The translations under genes and the position numbers were made by a program. The notes beneath the pieces are model-generated. The model did no database searches and was not told where the DNA came from. It was given only the letters and a program-made list of their open reading frames with translations. A stretch of DNA of 64,000 nt from Lachnospiraceae bacterium UBA3762 (lineage in GTDB: Bacteria; Bacillota; Clostridia; Lachnospirales; Lachnospiraceae), in contig DFGA01000033.1 in the NCBI GenBank assembly GCA_002371615.1, positions 14,184-78,183 on the forward strand, given 5' to 3'. This document shows positions 41,331 through 49,913 of the stretch, piece by piece (within the stretch, counting starts at the first letter, position 1; each line of letters begins with the position of its first letter).

Positions 41331-42024
41331 CAACGTTTTTCGACATGAATTAAAATACCTTATCAACAGGCGTGAGATGGATTGCTGCCTGAGCAGATTG
41401 TCTGAGTTCGCCGAAGCGGATATTCATGCTAAAAATGGCACTTATGCTGTTAGAAGCCTGTATTTTGATGATCAGTACAGATCCGCATATAATGATAAGG
41501 AAAGTGGAGTAAGATCGAGGGCTAAGTACCGGATTAGGGTATATGACCTGGATCAGGGATATATAACACTTGAAAAAAAGATAAAAGAAGGGATGTACGT
41601 CAGGAAAGAATCAGCTTATTTATCAAAGAGTGAGTATGATATGATTATGTCGGATAATACGGATTTCCTTCTTGCAAGAAGCGAACGGGTGGCAAATGAT
41701 TTTGCAATAGAATGCAGGGTTAATGGGTTACATCCTGAGGTGATAGTAGATTACGACAGAATACCGTTTGTTTATGCCTACGGAAATGTACGTATTACAT
41801 TTGACATGAATATCAGGTCTTCATTTGATAAACTTGATGTGTTTGCGGTAAGTACTCCTGCTTACAACGTTCTTGGGGAGGATGAACTTGTGATGGAGGT
41901 CAAATACACGGAGTATCTGCCGGATATTATCAGAGTTGTGTTGCCCGATTCCGGTTGCAGGATGGCAGTGTCAAAATACGTTTTATGCGATGATGTAAAA
42001 CTTTTATTTAGGGAGGATATGTAA
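41320..42024 (+). CDS. VTC-domain protein (triphosphate-tunnel / polyphosphate-polymerase-like catalytic domain), copy 1
   Basis: 234 aa with no TM segment. FRHELKYLI at the N-terminus, then VRSLYFDD...AKYRIRVY...LEKKIK...MEVKY. This basic/acidic beta-strand pattern is typical of bacterial VTC-domain proteins. Confidence 0.75.
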   Translation: MENDNVFRHELKYLINRREMDCCLSRLSEFAEADIHAKNGTYAVRSLYFDDQYRSAYNDKESGVRSRAKYRIRVYDLDQGYITLEKKIKEGMYVRKESAYLSKSEYDMIMSDNTDFLLARSERVANDFAIECRVNGLHPEVIVDYDRIPFVYAYGNVRITFDMNIRSSFDKLDVFAVSTPAYNVLGEDELVMEVKYTEYLPDIIRVVLPDSGCRMAVSKYVLCDDVKLLFREDM

Positions 42025-42025
42025 A

Positions 42026-42706
42026 ATGAGTGTAAAGGATATGATCAAAAAATCGGTCTTGGAGTCAGCGGTTTACAACCAGTCAATGGCATCCGGAACG
42101 TATGTCACTATAGTAGTTGATATGATTGTTGCACTTATTATAGGGTATATAATTTACAAAATATACAAAAGGTTTTTTGCCGGGGTAGTGTATAGCAGAT
42201 TTTTTGCGGTAACACTTATTGGAATGACTGTACTCACATGTATGGTAACCCTTGCGATTTCCACTAATATCGTTATTTCACTGGGTATGGTCGGTGCACT
42301 TTCTATCGTAAGATATCGAACTGCAATAAAGGAGCCGCTTGATATTATGTATCTATTTTGGGCAATAACCGAGGGAATAACTATAGGCGCCAGTATGTAC
42401 ATCCTTGCTTCTATAGGAATGCTCGTAATGCTTATTGTAGTAATCGGGATGAGTAAGATGAAAGAGAACAGAGGAACATTTGTTATGATTGTGCATCTGA
42501 ATGATGATGCCGCCAAAGAAAAAATCCTTGATGTATTAAAATCATATGTATACTCCGTGAAGAACAGCATTCTGCGTGAAGATACAACTGAGCTGACCAT
42601 TCAGATTGATATGAATAAAGATGACGGTATAGCCGAAAAGGTTCGTGCTATATCAGGTGTTAATGATGTAGCGCTGATCCAATATAACGGGGAATACCAT
42701 GGCTAG
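42026..42706 (+). CDS. DUF4956-family membrane protein, copy 1
   Basis: About 4 TM segments, the hallmark SLGMVGALSIVRYRTAIKEPLD, and a soluble C-terminal domain of about 85 aa. Confidence 0.75.
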   Translation: MSVKDMIKKSVLESAVYNQSMASGTYVTIVVDMIVALIIGYIIYKIYKRFFAGVVYSRFFAVTLIGMTVLTCMVTLAISTNIVISLGMVGALSIVRYRTAIKEPLDIMYLFWAITEGITIGASMYILASIGMLVMLIVVIGMSKMKENRGTFVMIVHLNDDAAKEKILDVLKSYVYSVKNSILREDTTELTIQIDMNKDDGIAEKVRAISGVNDVALIQYNGEYHG

Positions 42707-44828
42707 ATCTGCTGATACAAGACGTACGGCATTAATCGCTTTTTTATTTTTGCTCTTGGCAGTAACGTTTTCGGGAACTATTCTAAGTAACAAAAATGGG
42801 AATGATCTCTATATTTCTGAGGTTTGCCCGCATAATGAAAATGTGATCCACGATTCGGTAGGATTTTACCAGGATTATATAGTTTTGACCAACCCGTCCG
42901 ATCATATGATAGATCTTGAAGGATACGGTTTGTCGGATAAAAGGTCGGAATTAAGGGAGTTTGTATTTTCTGGTTCGGTAATACAACCGCTGGGGACTCT
43001 TGTTGTATGGACAGACTATCCTTCGCAGTTTGGCGACGGCTATTATGATGAAGACGCAATTTACACGGATTTTAAAATAAGTGATCATGAGTACCTGTAT
43101 TTGACAGATCCTTACGGAAGAGTTATTGATTCCCTGCGAATCCCCAATATGTCATCAAATGAAGTGTTGCTAAGAGACAAGCCCAATGCCAGAGGATCTG
43201 TCGGAACGTCAGGCTTTATCAAAAAGTCCACACCGGTTGTTTCAAAGGATATTGAACCACCGAGGATGTCGGCAGACTCGGGTTTTTATGAACATCCGTT
43301 TGAATTATCAATGTCAGGAAAGTATGATGTTTATTATACTGACGATGGAAGCAATCCTTATTTGTATGGGAAACCTTATGAGGGACAGATACAGATAATC
43401 GATAGAAGTAACCTGCCTGATATATACAGTGTTTTAGGTCCTGTATCGGCAGCATACGAACAATTTTATCCTGATAAGCCTGTTGCAAAATCAACGATCA
43501 TTCGTGCTGTCTCCCAAAGAGATGATGGAACATTTTCCGAGGAGTCGGTTGCAACTTTTTTCGTGGGTAAGGAAGTAAGAGACATTTGTTCGGACAGCTA
43601 TATCGTATCAATGGTTTCCGACCCGGATGGTTTGTTTTCTGATTATGATGGGATATACATGAGTGGGATCACCTGGGAGCTAAACTCCGAAAAGGTTGCA
43701 TCTATGGGTGCTGATCCTGTATACGCTCCCGCCAATTACAATATGCGGGGTAAAGGATGGAGAAGGGGAGCAAAGCTTATGCTTTTTGACCCGGACGGAA
43801 ATTGTCTGTATGATGAAGATGATATAGTAAGTATACGCGGTAAATCCTCCCGCGCGGTTGTACAGAAGGGGTTTAACATAAGGCCCCAAACGGATGATGG
43901 AACGGTGTTTAACGGGTTAATAGACGGTGCCGGTGATATATTAATGTTGCGCACGGGAAGTGCAGAAGATGTTTTTTTGACGAATTTCAGGGATGCGTTG
44001 AATGCAAGAATAGCGGATAACCTTAAGGTCGGTGCGCAAAGGTCGCTATGCTGCCAGATGTTTTTGAATGGGGAATACTGGGGATGTTACAGCCTTCAGG
44101 AACATCTGGATACAAGCTTTATCGAAGCAAGATATAATGTTTCTGCCGAAAATGTGAATCTCATCAAGATTGATGGCGAACCGGAGGTTCTTTCCGAACT
44201 GACAAGTGATCTGAATATGTATCAGGATGTGGAAAGATTTCTGGCAGAACATGATCTTTCGGTCGATGCCGATTACAAACAGTTTTGTGATATGGTGGAT
44301 ATAGACAGTGCTATTGATTATTACTGCGCCGAGATCTTTTTCGCAAATGATGACGCGTATCTGGGGAATAAGGCTCTTTGGAGAGCCCGGAATGTTGGAC
44401 CGAATCCCTATGAGGATGGTAAATGGAGGTTTCTTTTGTTTGACCTGGATAATACGGACGGATATGCTCCTAATGCCGGTGCAGATATAGATTCGTTCAT
44501 AGACGGAAGTTATGCGGGATATAATGCAACAGATGATTTGTTTTTTTCCGGTTTGATAAAAAACTCTGATTTCAGACAACGGTTCAGGGAGCGATTTGAA
44601 GAACTATTGGCAAATGATTTTTCCTATGAAACCATAGAAAAGATTATAGATGAGTTTGAAAACAGGTATGAAGAGCCGATGGTATCATCTGTCAGACGAT
44701 TTCATGATGCTGAGTTTACAGAAAAGCAGTATCACGAAAATGTCCGGGTTGTCAGGGAATTCTTCAGGGAAAGAGGCAGATATATAGGCGGGTATCTTGA
44801 GCTGCATATGGGAGAGTCAGGAAGATGA
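42699..44828 (+). CDS. Membrane-anchored LTD + CotH kinase-family protein (paralogue 3, divergent)
   Basis: N-terminal TM segment, LYISEVCPHN...YIVLTNPSDHMIDLEGY (LTD), YYTDDGSNP, FLNGEYWGCY. Overlaps the upstream gene by 8 nt. Confidence 0.75.
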   Translation: MARSADTRRTALIAFLFLLLAVTFSGTILSNKNGNDLYISEVCPHNENVIHDSVGFYQDYIVLTNPSDHMIDLEGYGLSDKRSELREFVFSGSVIQPLGTLVVWTDYPSQFGDGYYDEDAIYTDFKISDHEYLYLTDPYGRVIDSLRIPNMSSNEVLLRDKPNARGSVGTSGFIKKSTPVVSKDIEPPRMSADSGFYEHPFELSMSGKYDVYYTDDGSNPYLYGKPYEGQIQIIDRSNLPDIYSVLGPVSAAYEQFYPDKPVAKSTIIRAVSQRDDGTFSEESVATFFVGKEVRDICSDSYIVSMVSDPDGLFSDYDGIYMSGITWELNSEKVASMGADPVYAPANYNMRGKGWRRGAKLMLFDPDGNCLYDEDDIVSIRGKSSRAVVQKGFNIRPQTDDGTVFNGLIDGAGDILMLRTGSAEDVFLTNFRDALNARIADNLKVGAQRSLCCQMFLNGEYWGCYSLQEHLDTSFIEARYNVSAENVNLIKIDGEPEVLSELTSDLNMYQDVERFLAEHDLSVDADYKQFCDMVDIDSAIDYYCAEIFFANDDAYLGNKALWRARNVGPNPYEDGKWRFLLFDLDNTDGYAPNAGADIDSFIDGSYAGYNATDDLFFSGLIKNSDFRQRFRERFEELLANDFSYETIEKIIDEFENRYEEPMVSSVRRFHDAEFTEKQYHENVRVVREFFRERGRYIGGYLELHMGESGR

Positions 44829-45523
44829 GGCATGAAGAAAAGTATATCTGCTCGGAGAGACAGTTGGAAATCATAGAACACCGCCTTAAAACGATTCTGC
44901 CATTTGATGCAAATCAGGAAGGCAGCGACTACGGGATACGCAGTTTGTATTTCGATACGGTGGATGACAGGATGTACCATGAGAGCCTGTATGGGGTTGA
45001 CAGACGCAGTAAGTATCGTATACGCTTTTACAATATGTCGGAAGAATTATTCAGAATGGAGCGAAAAGATGCTGTAGGAAGGATGAAGCAAAAGCATTCG
45101 TCGGTTATTGATAAGAATACGGTCCACTCCCTGGTTGAAGGAAGGCCGATTCATGACAGTGAGGATGAAGTTGTTCATGAGGTCCATCTCCTGCAGAAGA
45201 CGGAAGGGCTTCATCCTGTAGTTATAGTTGATTACAGAAGATGCGCATTTACCTGTCCTACAGGTAATGTGAGAATAACGATAGATCGTGATATTTCATG
45301 TACCCATTGTGTATATGATTTTATGGAAGACCATCCGATACTGTTTCCAGTCATGCCATACAGAAAACATATTCTTGAGGTTAAGTATGACGGAATATTG
45401 CCGGGATATATAGTGTCAGCTGTCGATGTAGGGAATTTGGAGCAGGTTTCGGTGTCAAAATATGTTTTTTCAAGAAATGTGATTGAAGGAAACGGAAGAA
45501 GGGAATACGGATATGAGTTTTAA
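44825..45523 (+). CDS. VTC-domain protein, copy 2
   Basis: MRHEEKYIC...IRSLYFDT...SKYRIRFY...LEVKY is collinear with 41320..42024. Confidence 0.75.
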   Translation: MRHEEKYICSERQLEIIEHRLKTILPFDANQEGSDYGIRSLYFDTVDDRMYHESLYGVDRRSKYRIRFYNMSEELFRMERKDAVGRMKQKHSSVIDKNTVHSLVEGRPIHDSEDEVVHEVHLLQKTEGLHPVVIVDYRRCAFTCPTGNVRITIDRDISCTHCVYDFMEDHPILFPVMPYRKHILEVKYDGILPGYIVSAVDVGNLEQVSVSKYVFSRNVIEGNGRREYGYEF

Positions 45524-46184
45524 AGATATGATCAGAAATTCGGTATTGAGTAACTTCAGTAGCGACATTACACTACAGAGGATAGCAATTGTTCTGCTTT
45601 TGTCACTTGTTCTGGGGATATATGTGTTTATAGTTTACAGGATGACTGTCAATAATGAGTTTTATTCAAAAGATTATAACAGAACCCTTGTATTGATGGC
45701 GGTTGTGACGGCAGGAATCGTACTGGCGGTACAATCCAATCTGGTAATTTCTCTCGGTATGGTCGGAGCACTTTCAATCGTAAGATTCCGAACGGCGATA
45801 AAGAGTTCGATAGATCTTTTCTTCCTGTTTTGGGCTATCAGCATAGGAATTATATGCGGAGCAGGATTATACTTTCTTGCAGCTGTATTATGCGTTGTTG
45901 TAACGGCCGGATTGTATATAACGGGTCGGATGGCCAGTCCGGTGTCACTTGGCCTGCTGATTGTTAATTGCAGTACATCCGAAACAGCAGACAGAGTAAT
46001 AGAGAGGGTAAAACCCGTTACAAGATTTCTCAGAATGAAGAATAAGACTGTATCCAAAGATAATGTGGAACTTATCCTTGAGTACAAAGCGAATGATGAA
46101 AAGGCTCTGGAAAGTGTTCTTAAAGAGATTGACGATGTTACCAGATATGCTTTTATGAATTATGATAGGGAGACAAGAATCTAG
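45513..46184 (+). CDS. DUF4956-family membrane protein, copy 2
   Basis: SLGMVGALSIVRFRTAIKSSID is collinear with 42026..42706. The ATG at 45513 overlaps the VTC stop. Confidence 0.75.
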   Translation: MSFKDMIRNSVLSNFSSDITLQRIAIVLLLSLVLGIYVFIVYRMTVNNEFYSKDYNRTLVLMAVVTAGIVLAVQSNLVISLGMVGALSIVRFRTAIKSSIDLFFLFWAISIGIICGAGLYFLAAVLCVVVTAGLYITGRMASPVSLGLLIVNCSTSETADRVIERVKPVTRFLRMKNKTVSKDNVELILEYKANDEKALESVLKEIDDVTRYAFMNYDRETRI

Positions 46185-46194
46185 GCTTTTGTTC

Positions 46195-46223
46195 TTGACA
46201 AGAATTGGCGTATCTTATATAAT
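46195..46223 (+). promoter_or_regulatory. Consensus sigma-A promoter for the tRNA-Val/tRNA-Met pair
   Basis: TTGACA (46195-46200), exact 17-nt spacer, TATAAT (46218-46223). It lies about 25 nt upstream of the tRNA 5' end. Confidence 0.65.
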
Positions 46224-46247
46224 TTCAAATGTTCTGCAAAGGACGAA

Positions 46248-46320
46248 GGGATCTTAGCTCAGCTGGGAGAGCATCTGCCTTACAAGCAGAGGGTCATAGG
46301 TTCGAGCCCTATAGGTCCCA
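46248..46320 (+). tRNA. tRNA-Val (anticodon TAC)
   Basis: I folded the cloverleaf by hand. Acceptor GGGATCT/AGGTCCC, anticodon loop CTTACAA, T-arm ATAGGTTCGAGCCCTAT. CCA is not encoded. Confidence 0.9.
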
Positions 46321-46349
46321 TATTGTCACGATCGAAGATCGCGACCTTT

Positions 46350-46423
46350 GGCGAGGTGGCTCAACTGGCTAGAGCGTCCGGTTCATACCCGGGAGGTTAA
46401 GAGTTCAAGTCTCTTCCTCGCTA
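46350..46423 (+). tRNA. tRNA-Met (anticodon CAT), elongator-like
   Basis: GGCGAGGTGGCTCAACTGGCTAGAGCGTCCGGTTCATACCCGGGAGGTTAAGAGTTCAAGTCTCTTCCTCGCTA. It lacks the initiator 1:72 mismatch. I cannot exclude the lysidine-type Ile2 identity. Confidence 0.8.
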
Positions 46424-46444
46424 TTAAAAAGGAAATATGTAAAT

Positions 46445-46472
46445 ACCGCAAACAGTGAGTTTGCGGTATTTT
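46445..46472 (+). terminator. Rho-independent terminator after the tRNA pair
   Basis: ACCGCAAAC-AGTGA-GTTTGCGGT followed by ATTTT. Confidence 0.7.
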
Positions 46473-46490
46473 GGTATGGGAGCGGGTGAG

Positions 46491-48080
46491 ATGGAAGATA
46501 AAAAATATAAAAATCTTATCTTTGCAGGGTTGATGGCTGCTGTTGCAGCACTGTTTGCGGTCACGCGATTATACAGGCTGGATATTGTTCCTTTCGGTCC
46601 TTACAGGATGCACATTGATGAATTAGGTGCGGCTTATGATGCATTTTGCATTTCGGATTACGGAGTAGACCAGTTCCTATACCGTATGCCGGTATATTTT
46701 AAGTGTTTCGGTGAAGGGCAGAATGCTCTTTATACATATCTGGCTGTTATTGCTTTCAGATTAGGCGGTATTTCCATATTCAGTTTCAGGCTTCCTGCCG
46801 TTATATGTGCAGCGGGAGCTTTTGCTGCACTGTTTTTTATGGTCAGGGATCTTCTGGATCGTTGGTATGCCATCGTTGCCCTTATTCTGATGACGGTAAT
46901 GCCTGTATTTATGATGAGTGAACACTGGGGCCTGGAAGCTTATCTGATGATGAGTTTTGTTATTATATCCATGGCGTTCCAGATACGTGCCGTCATTACG
47001 AACAGACCGGTTTATTATGCTCTGGCGGGTACGTTCTGGGGTCTGACACTATACACATATGCGATGTCATATATTATTGTGCCGCTGTTTCTTCTGGCTT
47101 CATTTATCATTCTGCTCATATACAAAAAACTCAGTTTAAAAAACATACTGATGGTCGGAATACCTCTTATTATTCTCGGATTTCCCCTGCTTTTGCAACA
47201 GTTTGTTATGATGGGCGTTCTGAAGCCCTTTTCGCTTTTCGGGGTGATTGATTTCTGGAATACTTCTCATTACAGGGCAGATGAAATATCTCCTGCCTTT
47301 GTACCCGAAAACCTGATTATGTCGTTTAAGTACACATATGTTGCCGACCGGTCCGCCTATGACGCTAATGCGACATACGGAACCATGTATTATATCTCGA
47401 TCCCGTTTATTCTTACCGGAATGATAGCCTCCGCATATGCGGTAATTAAGGACGTAAGAGCCGGAGTACTTAACCTGTGGTTGTTTAACTGGATGTTTTT
47501 CCTTGTGGCAAGGGTATTTCTACTGTTTGTGAAGTATCCGAATATAAACCGTATCAACGGTATCTTCCCGGCATATCTTTTATTTGCCGTATATGGCATT
47601 ATGACCGTGGCAGGCAAAATAAGAAAGAAAGCAGTATTTTTTGCAGTATTGTGTCTTGCCTATATGATATGCTTTCTGTCTTTTTCCAAGTATTTCTATT
47701 CCCATGACGGCCTGCAAAATGATGCCTATGATATAGGAGACAGTCTCGGGTGTGATCTGGAGGCGGGAGCGGCCGCACAACTTGCCAAAAAGATAGCAAT
47801 GGGGAAACCGGTTTGTGCCATGTTAAATGATGGCTGGCGCAGAGATCTTTCTATTGCCTTATATACAGAAACTTCACCTTATGATTTTAACAGAGACCAT
47901 GAACCGCATGACACTGTTTATAACGGGTTGGTTTGGGAAATGCCGGAGGAACTTGATCTGACGGGTGGTACGGTTTACCTTATCGATAATGAACTTAGTC
48001 ATATTACATCTTACCTGGTTACTGATGAAGGGTTTTCGGTGGATATCACGTATCCGGATTTTACAGTGGTTTACAAATAG
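46491..48080 (+). CDS. GT-C fold glycosyltransferase (ArnT/PMT_2-like); paralogue of 19724..21388
   Basis: HIDELGAAYD, MPVYF, GEGQN, MSEHWGLEAYLM, LYTYAMSYIIVPLFL. The track's GTG at 46455 lies inside the terminator hairpin, so the ATG at 46476 or 46491 is more plausible. Confidence 0.65.
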   Translation: MEDKKYKNLIFAGLMAAVAALFAVTRLYRLDIVPFGPYRMHIDELGAAYDAFCISDYGVDQFLYRMPVYFKCFGEGQNALYTYLAVIAFRLGGISIFSFRLPAVICAAGAFAALFFMVRDLLDRWYAIVALILMTVMPVFMMSEHWGLEAYLMMSFVIISMAFQIRAVITNRPVYYALAGTFWGLTLYTYAMSYIIVPLFLLASFIILLIYKKLSLKNILMVGIPLIILGFPLLLQQFVMMGVLKPFSLFGVIDFWNTSHYRADEISPAFVPENLIMSFKYTYVADRSAYDANATYGTMYYISIPFILTGMIASAYAVIKDVRAGVLNLWLFNWMFFLVARVFLLFVKYPNINRINGIFPAYLLFAVYGIMTVAGKIRKKAVFFAVLCLAYMICFLSFSKYFYSHDGLQNDAYDIGDSLGCDLEAGAAAQLAKKIAMGKPVCAMLNDGWRRDLSIALYTETSPYDFNRDHEPHDTVYNGLVWEMPEELDLTGGTVYLIDNELSHITSYLVTDEGFSVDITYPDFTVVYK

Positions 48081-48095
48081 GATAATATATTTGAT

Positions 48096-49913
48096 ATGAG
48101 CAGATTGAATTTAACAGATGAGAACATCAATAAAAAACTTCGTATAGCAGCTCTTGTATTGATCATTATTCTGATTTCGTGGCCGTTTTTGTTTATGGAC
48201 CTTGCCAAGGGACACGATATGCTGTTCCACCTTCAGCGTATCGAGGGAATACGTCAGGATGTGTCATTGAGACATTTTCCTGTCCGGATGCAATCGGGAT
48301 GGATGAGAGGATACGGATACCCCGTTTCAATACTGTACGGAGATGTATTTTTGTATATCGGGGCTGTGTTCAGAAAACTCGGTTTTCCTGTTATGGTTTC
48401 ATTCAGACTGTTTATGGTATGTGTGAATACTGCGGCTGTTCTCATATCTTATTTTTCGTTTAAAGTGTTTAATAAAGGCTGGGCACCCGTAATAGCTACA
48501 GCAGCATATACTACATCCTCATATCGCCTTGTTGACGAGTATGTACGGTCGGCGATAGGCGAAACCCTTGCTATAGTATTCTTTCCGGCGGTTGCCGCAT
48601 GTATATACCTTATCCTTACAACTAAAGACTATCACAGAAGGCGTAAATATACAGTGGTGCTTTCACTCTCATTCCTGGCCGTTATCTGCTCTCACACATT
48701 AACGACAAGTATGATGCTTGTTGTATTGGTTCTGTTCGGACCCGTTAGTCTTGTGCTGTTCGGAATTAAAGGAGAACGTATCAGACAGATGGGAAATGTT
48801 GTAATGGCCGGAATACTCACGATCCTTATGTCGGCTTTTTTTGTCATTCCTTTTCTGGATACATACCTTAATGCGGGGATAGCATTTGCTCTTAAGCGAA
48901 AAAACAGTATTCAGGGCGAAGGGCCTGGAATTACCGATCTGTTTGAGTTTGTATGCAATCCGTTCGGGGGAACGAATGGCGGCTCAATTCAACAGACTCC
49001 GGGGCCTGTGCTTATATGCTTTCTTATTATTGCGATAGTTGCATGTATAGTTTCCGTAATAAGAAAGACCGATTTTCCTAACAGGAACCGTATTGTATTT
49101 GAGACGGTAGCGAGCCTGATACTGCTGCTTATGTCTTCCGCTTATTTTCCGTGGAATTTTATAGAAGATAATGTCCCTGTACTTGGCGGAATTCTTACGG
49201 CAATAGAATTTCCCATGCGTTACCTTGCGTTTGCCATAGTATTTATGGCATTGCTTACGGGTGATATGATCAGGCTGATAGGTGACAGGCTTGGTTCGGG
49301 CAGTTCCGGGATAACTTCAGGATGTGCGGTTAAGGCAGTATGCATCGTGATAATGTGCGCCCTGTTTATATTTAATGTTGCCCAGATATGCTTCCACAGC
49401 CGTACTTACGAAAAAAGAGCCGATTATAAAAACGTCGAAGACCTTGGTGAGTGGAGATATTATGCGATGGACTTCCGGCTCGAGAACACGACGGTTGATG
49501 ATCTGCCGACCGGCCTTGTTCATGAGGGTATGCTCAGCATGGAGGTGCTCTCAAGGGACAGCAATGAGTTCCTGATCGCGTGTGTTACAGGACCTGACTA
49601 TGGTTGGATACAGCTTCCGGTGTTTAATTACCCGTATTATCATGCGGCGGATCTTGAAAACCCCAAAATGGAATTTGAGATACATGATGGTGGAAACAGA
49701 ACTGTCGGTGTATTACTTCCTGCAAATTATGAAGGGATACTCCATGTGTACTGGCAGGAGCCGGTATTCTGGAGAGTTTCCGAGGTGGTATCATATATAA
49801 CATTTGCACTGTGCATTCTGTATCTGTTAGCCATATCCGATAAAGATAATGGCATTAAAAGGATTTATAACAGGTTAAGTAAAAATGGGACTGATAAAGA
49901 GTATCAAAAATGA
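48096..49913 (+). CDS. Large polytopic membrane protein, GT-C-like; paralogue of 13490..15676
   Basis: GHDMLFHLQRIEGIRQDVSLRHFPVRMQSGWMRGYGYPVSILYGDVFLYIGAVF aligns by eye with the 13490 protein. Confidence 0.6.
   Translation: MSRLNLTDENINKKLRIAALVLIIILISWPFLFMDLAKGHDMLFHLQRIEGIRQDVSLRHFPVRMQSGWMRGYGYPVSILYGDVFLYIGAVFRKLGFPVMVSFRLFMVCVNTAAVLISYFSFKVFNKGWAPVIATAAYTTSSYRLVDEYVRSAIGETLAIVFFPAVAACIYLILTTKDYHRRRKYTVVLSLSFLAVICSHTLTTSMMLVVLVLFGPVSLVLFGIKGERIRQMGNVVMAGILTILMSAFFVIPFLDTYLNAGIAFALKRKNSIQGEGPGITDLFEFVCNPFGGTNGGSIQQTPGPVLICFLIIAIVACIVSVIRKTDFPNRNRIVFETVASLILLLMSSAYFPWNFIEDNVPVLGGILTAIEFPMRYLAFAIVFMALLTGDMIRLIGDRLGSGSSGITSGCAVKAVCIVIMCALFIFNVAQICFHSRTYEKRADYKNVEDLGEWRYYAMDFRLENTTVDDLPTGLVHEGMLSMEVLSRDSNEFLIACVTGPDYGWIQLPVFNYPYYHAADLENPKMEFEIHDGGNRTVGVLLPANYEGILHVYWQEPVFWRVSEVVSYITFALCILYLLAISDKDNGIKRIYNRLSKNGTDKEYQK

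Noticed and set aside
46455-46490. Track start codon (GTG 46455) for the GT-C paralogue
   Set aside because: The GTG lies inside the stem-loop of the terminator that follows tRNA-Met. The downstream ATGs at 46476 and 46491 are more plausible.
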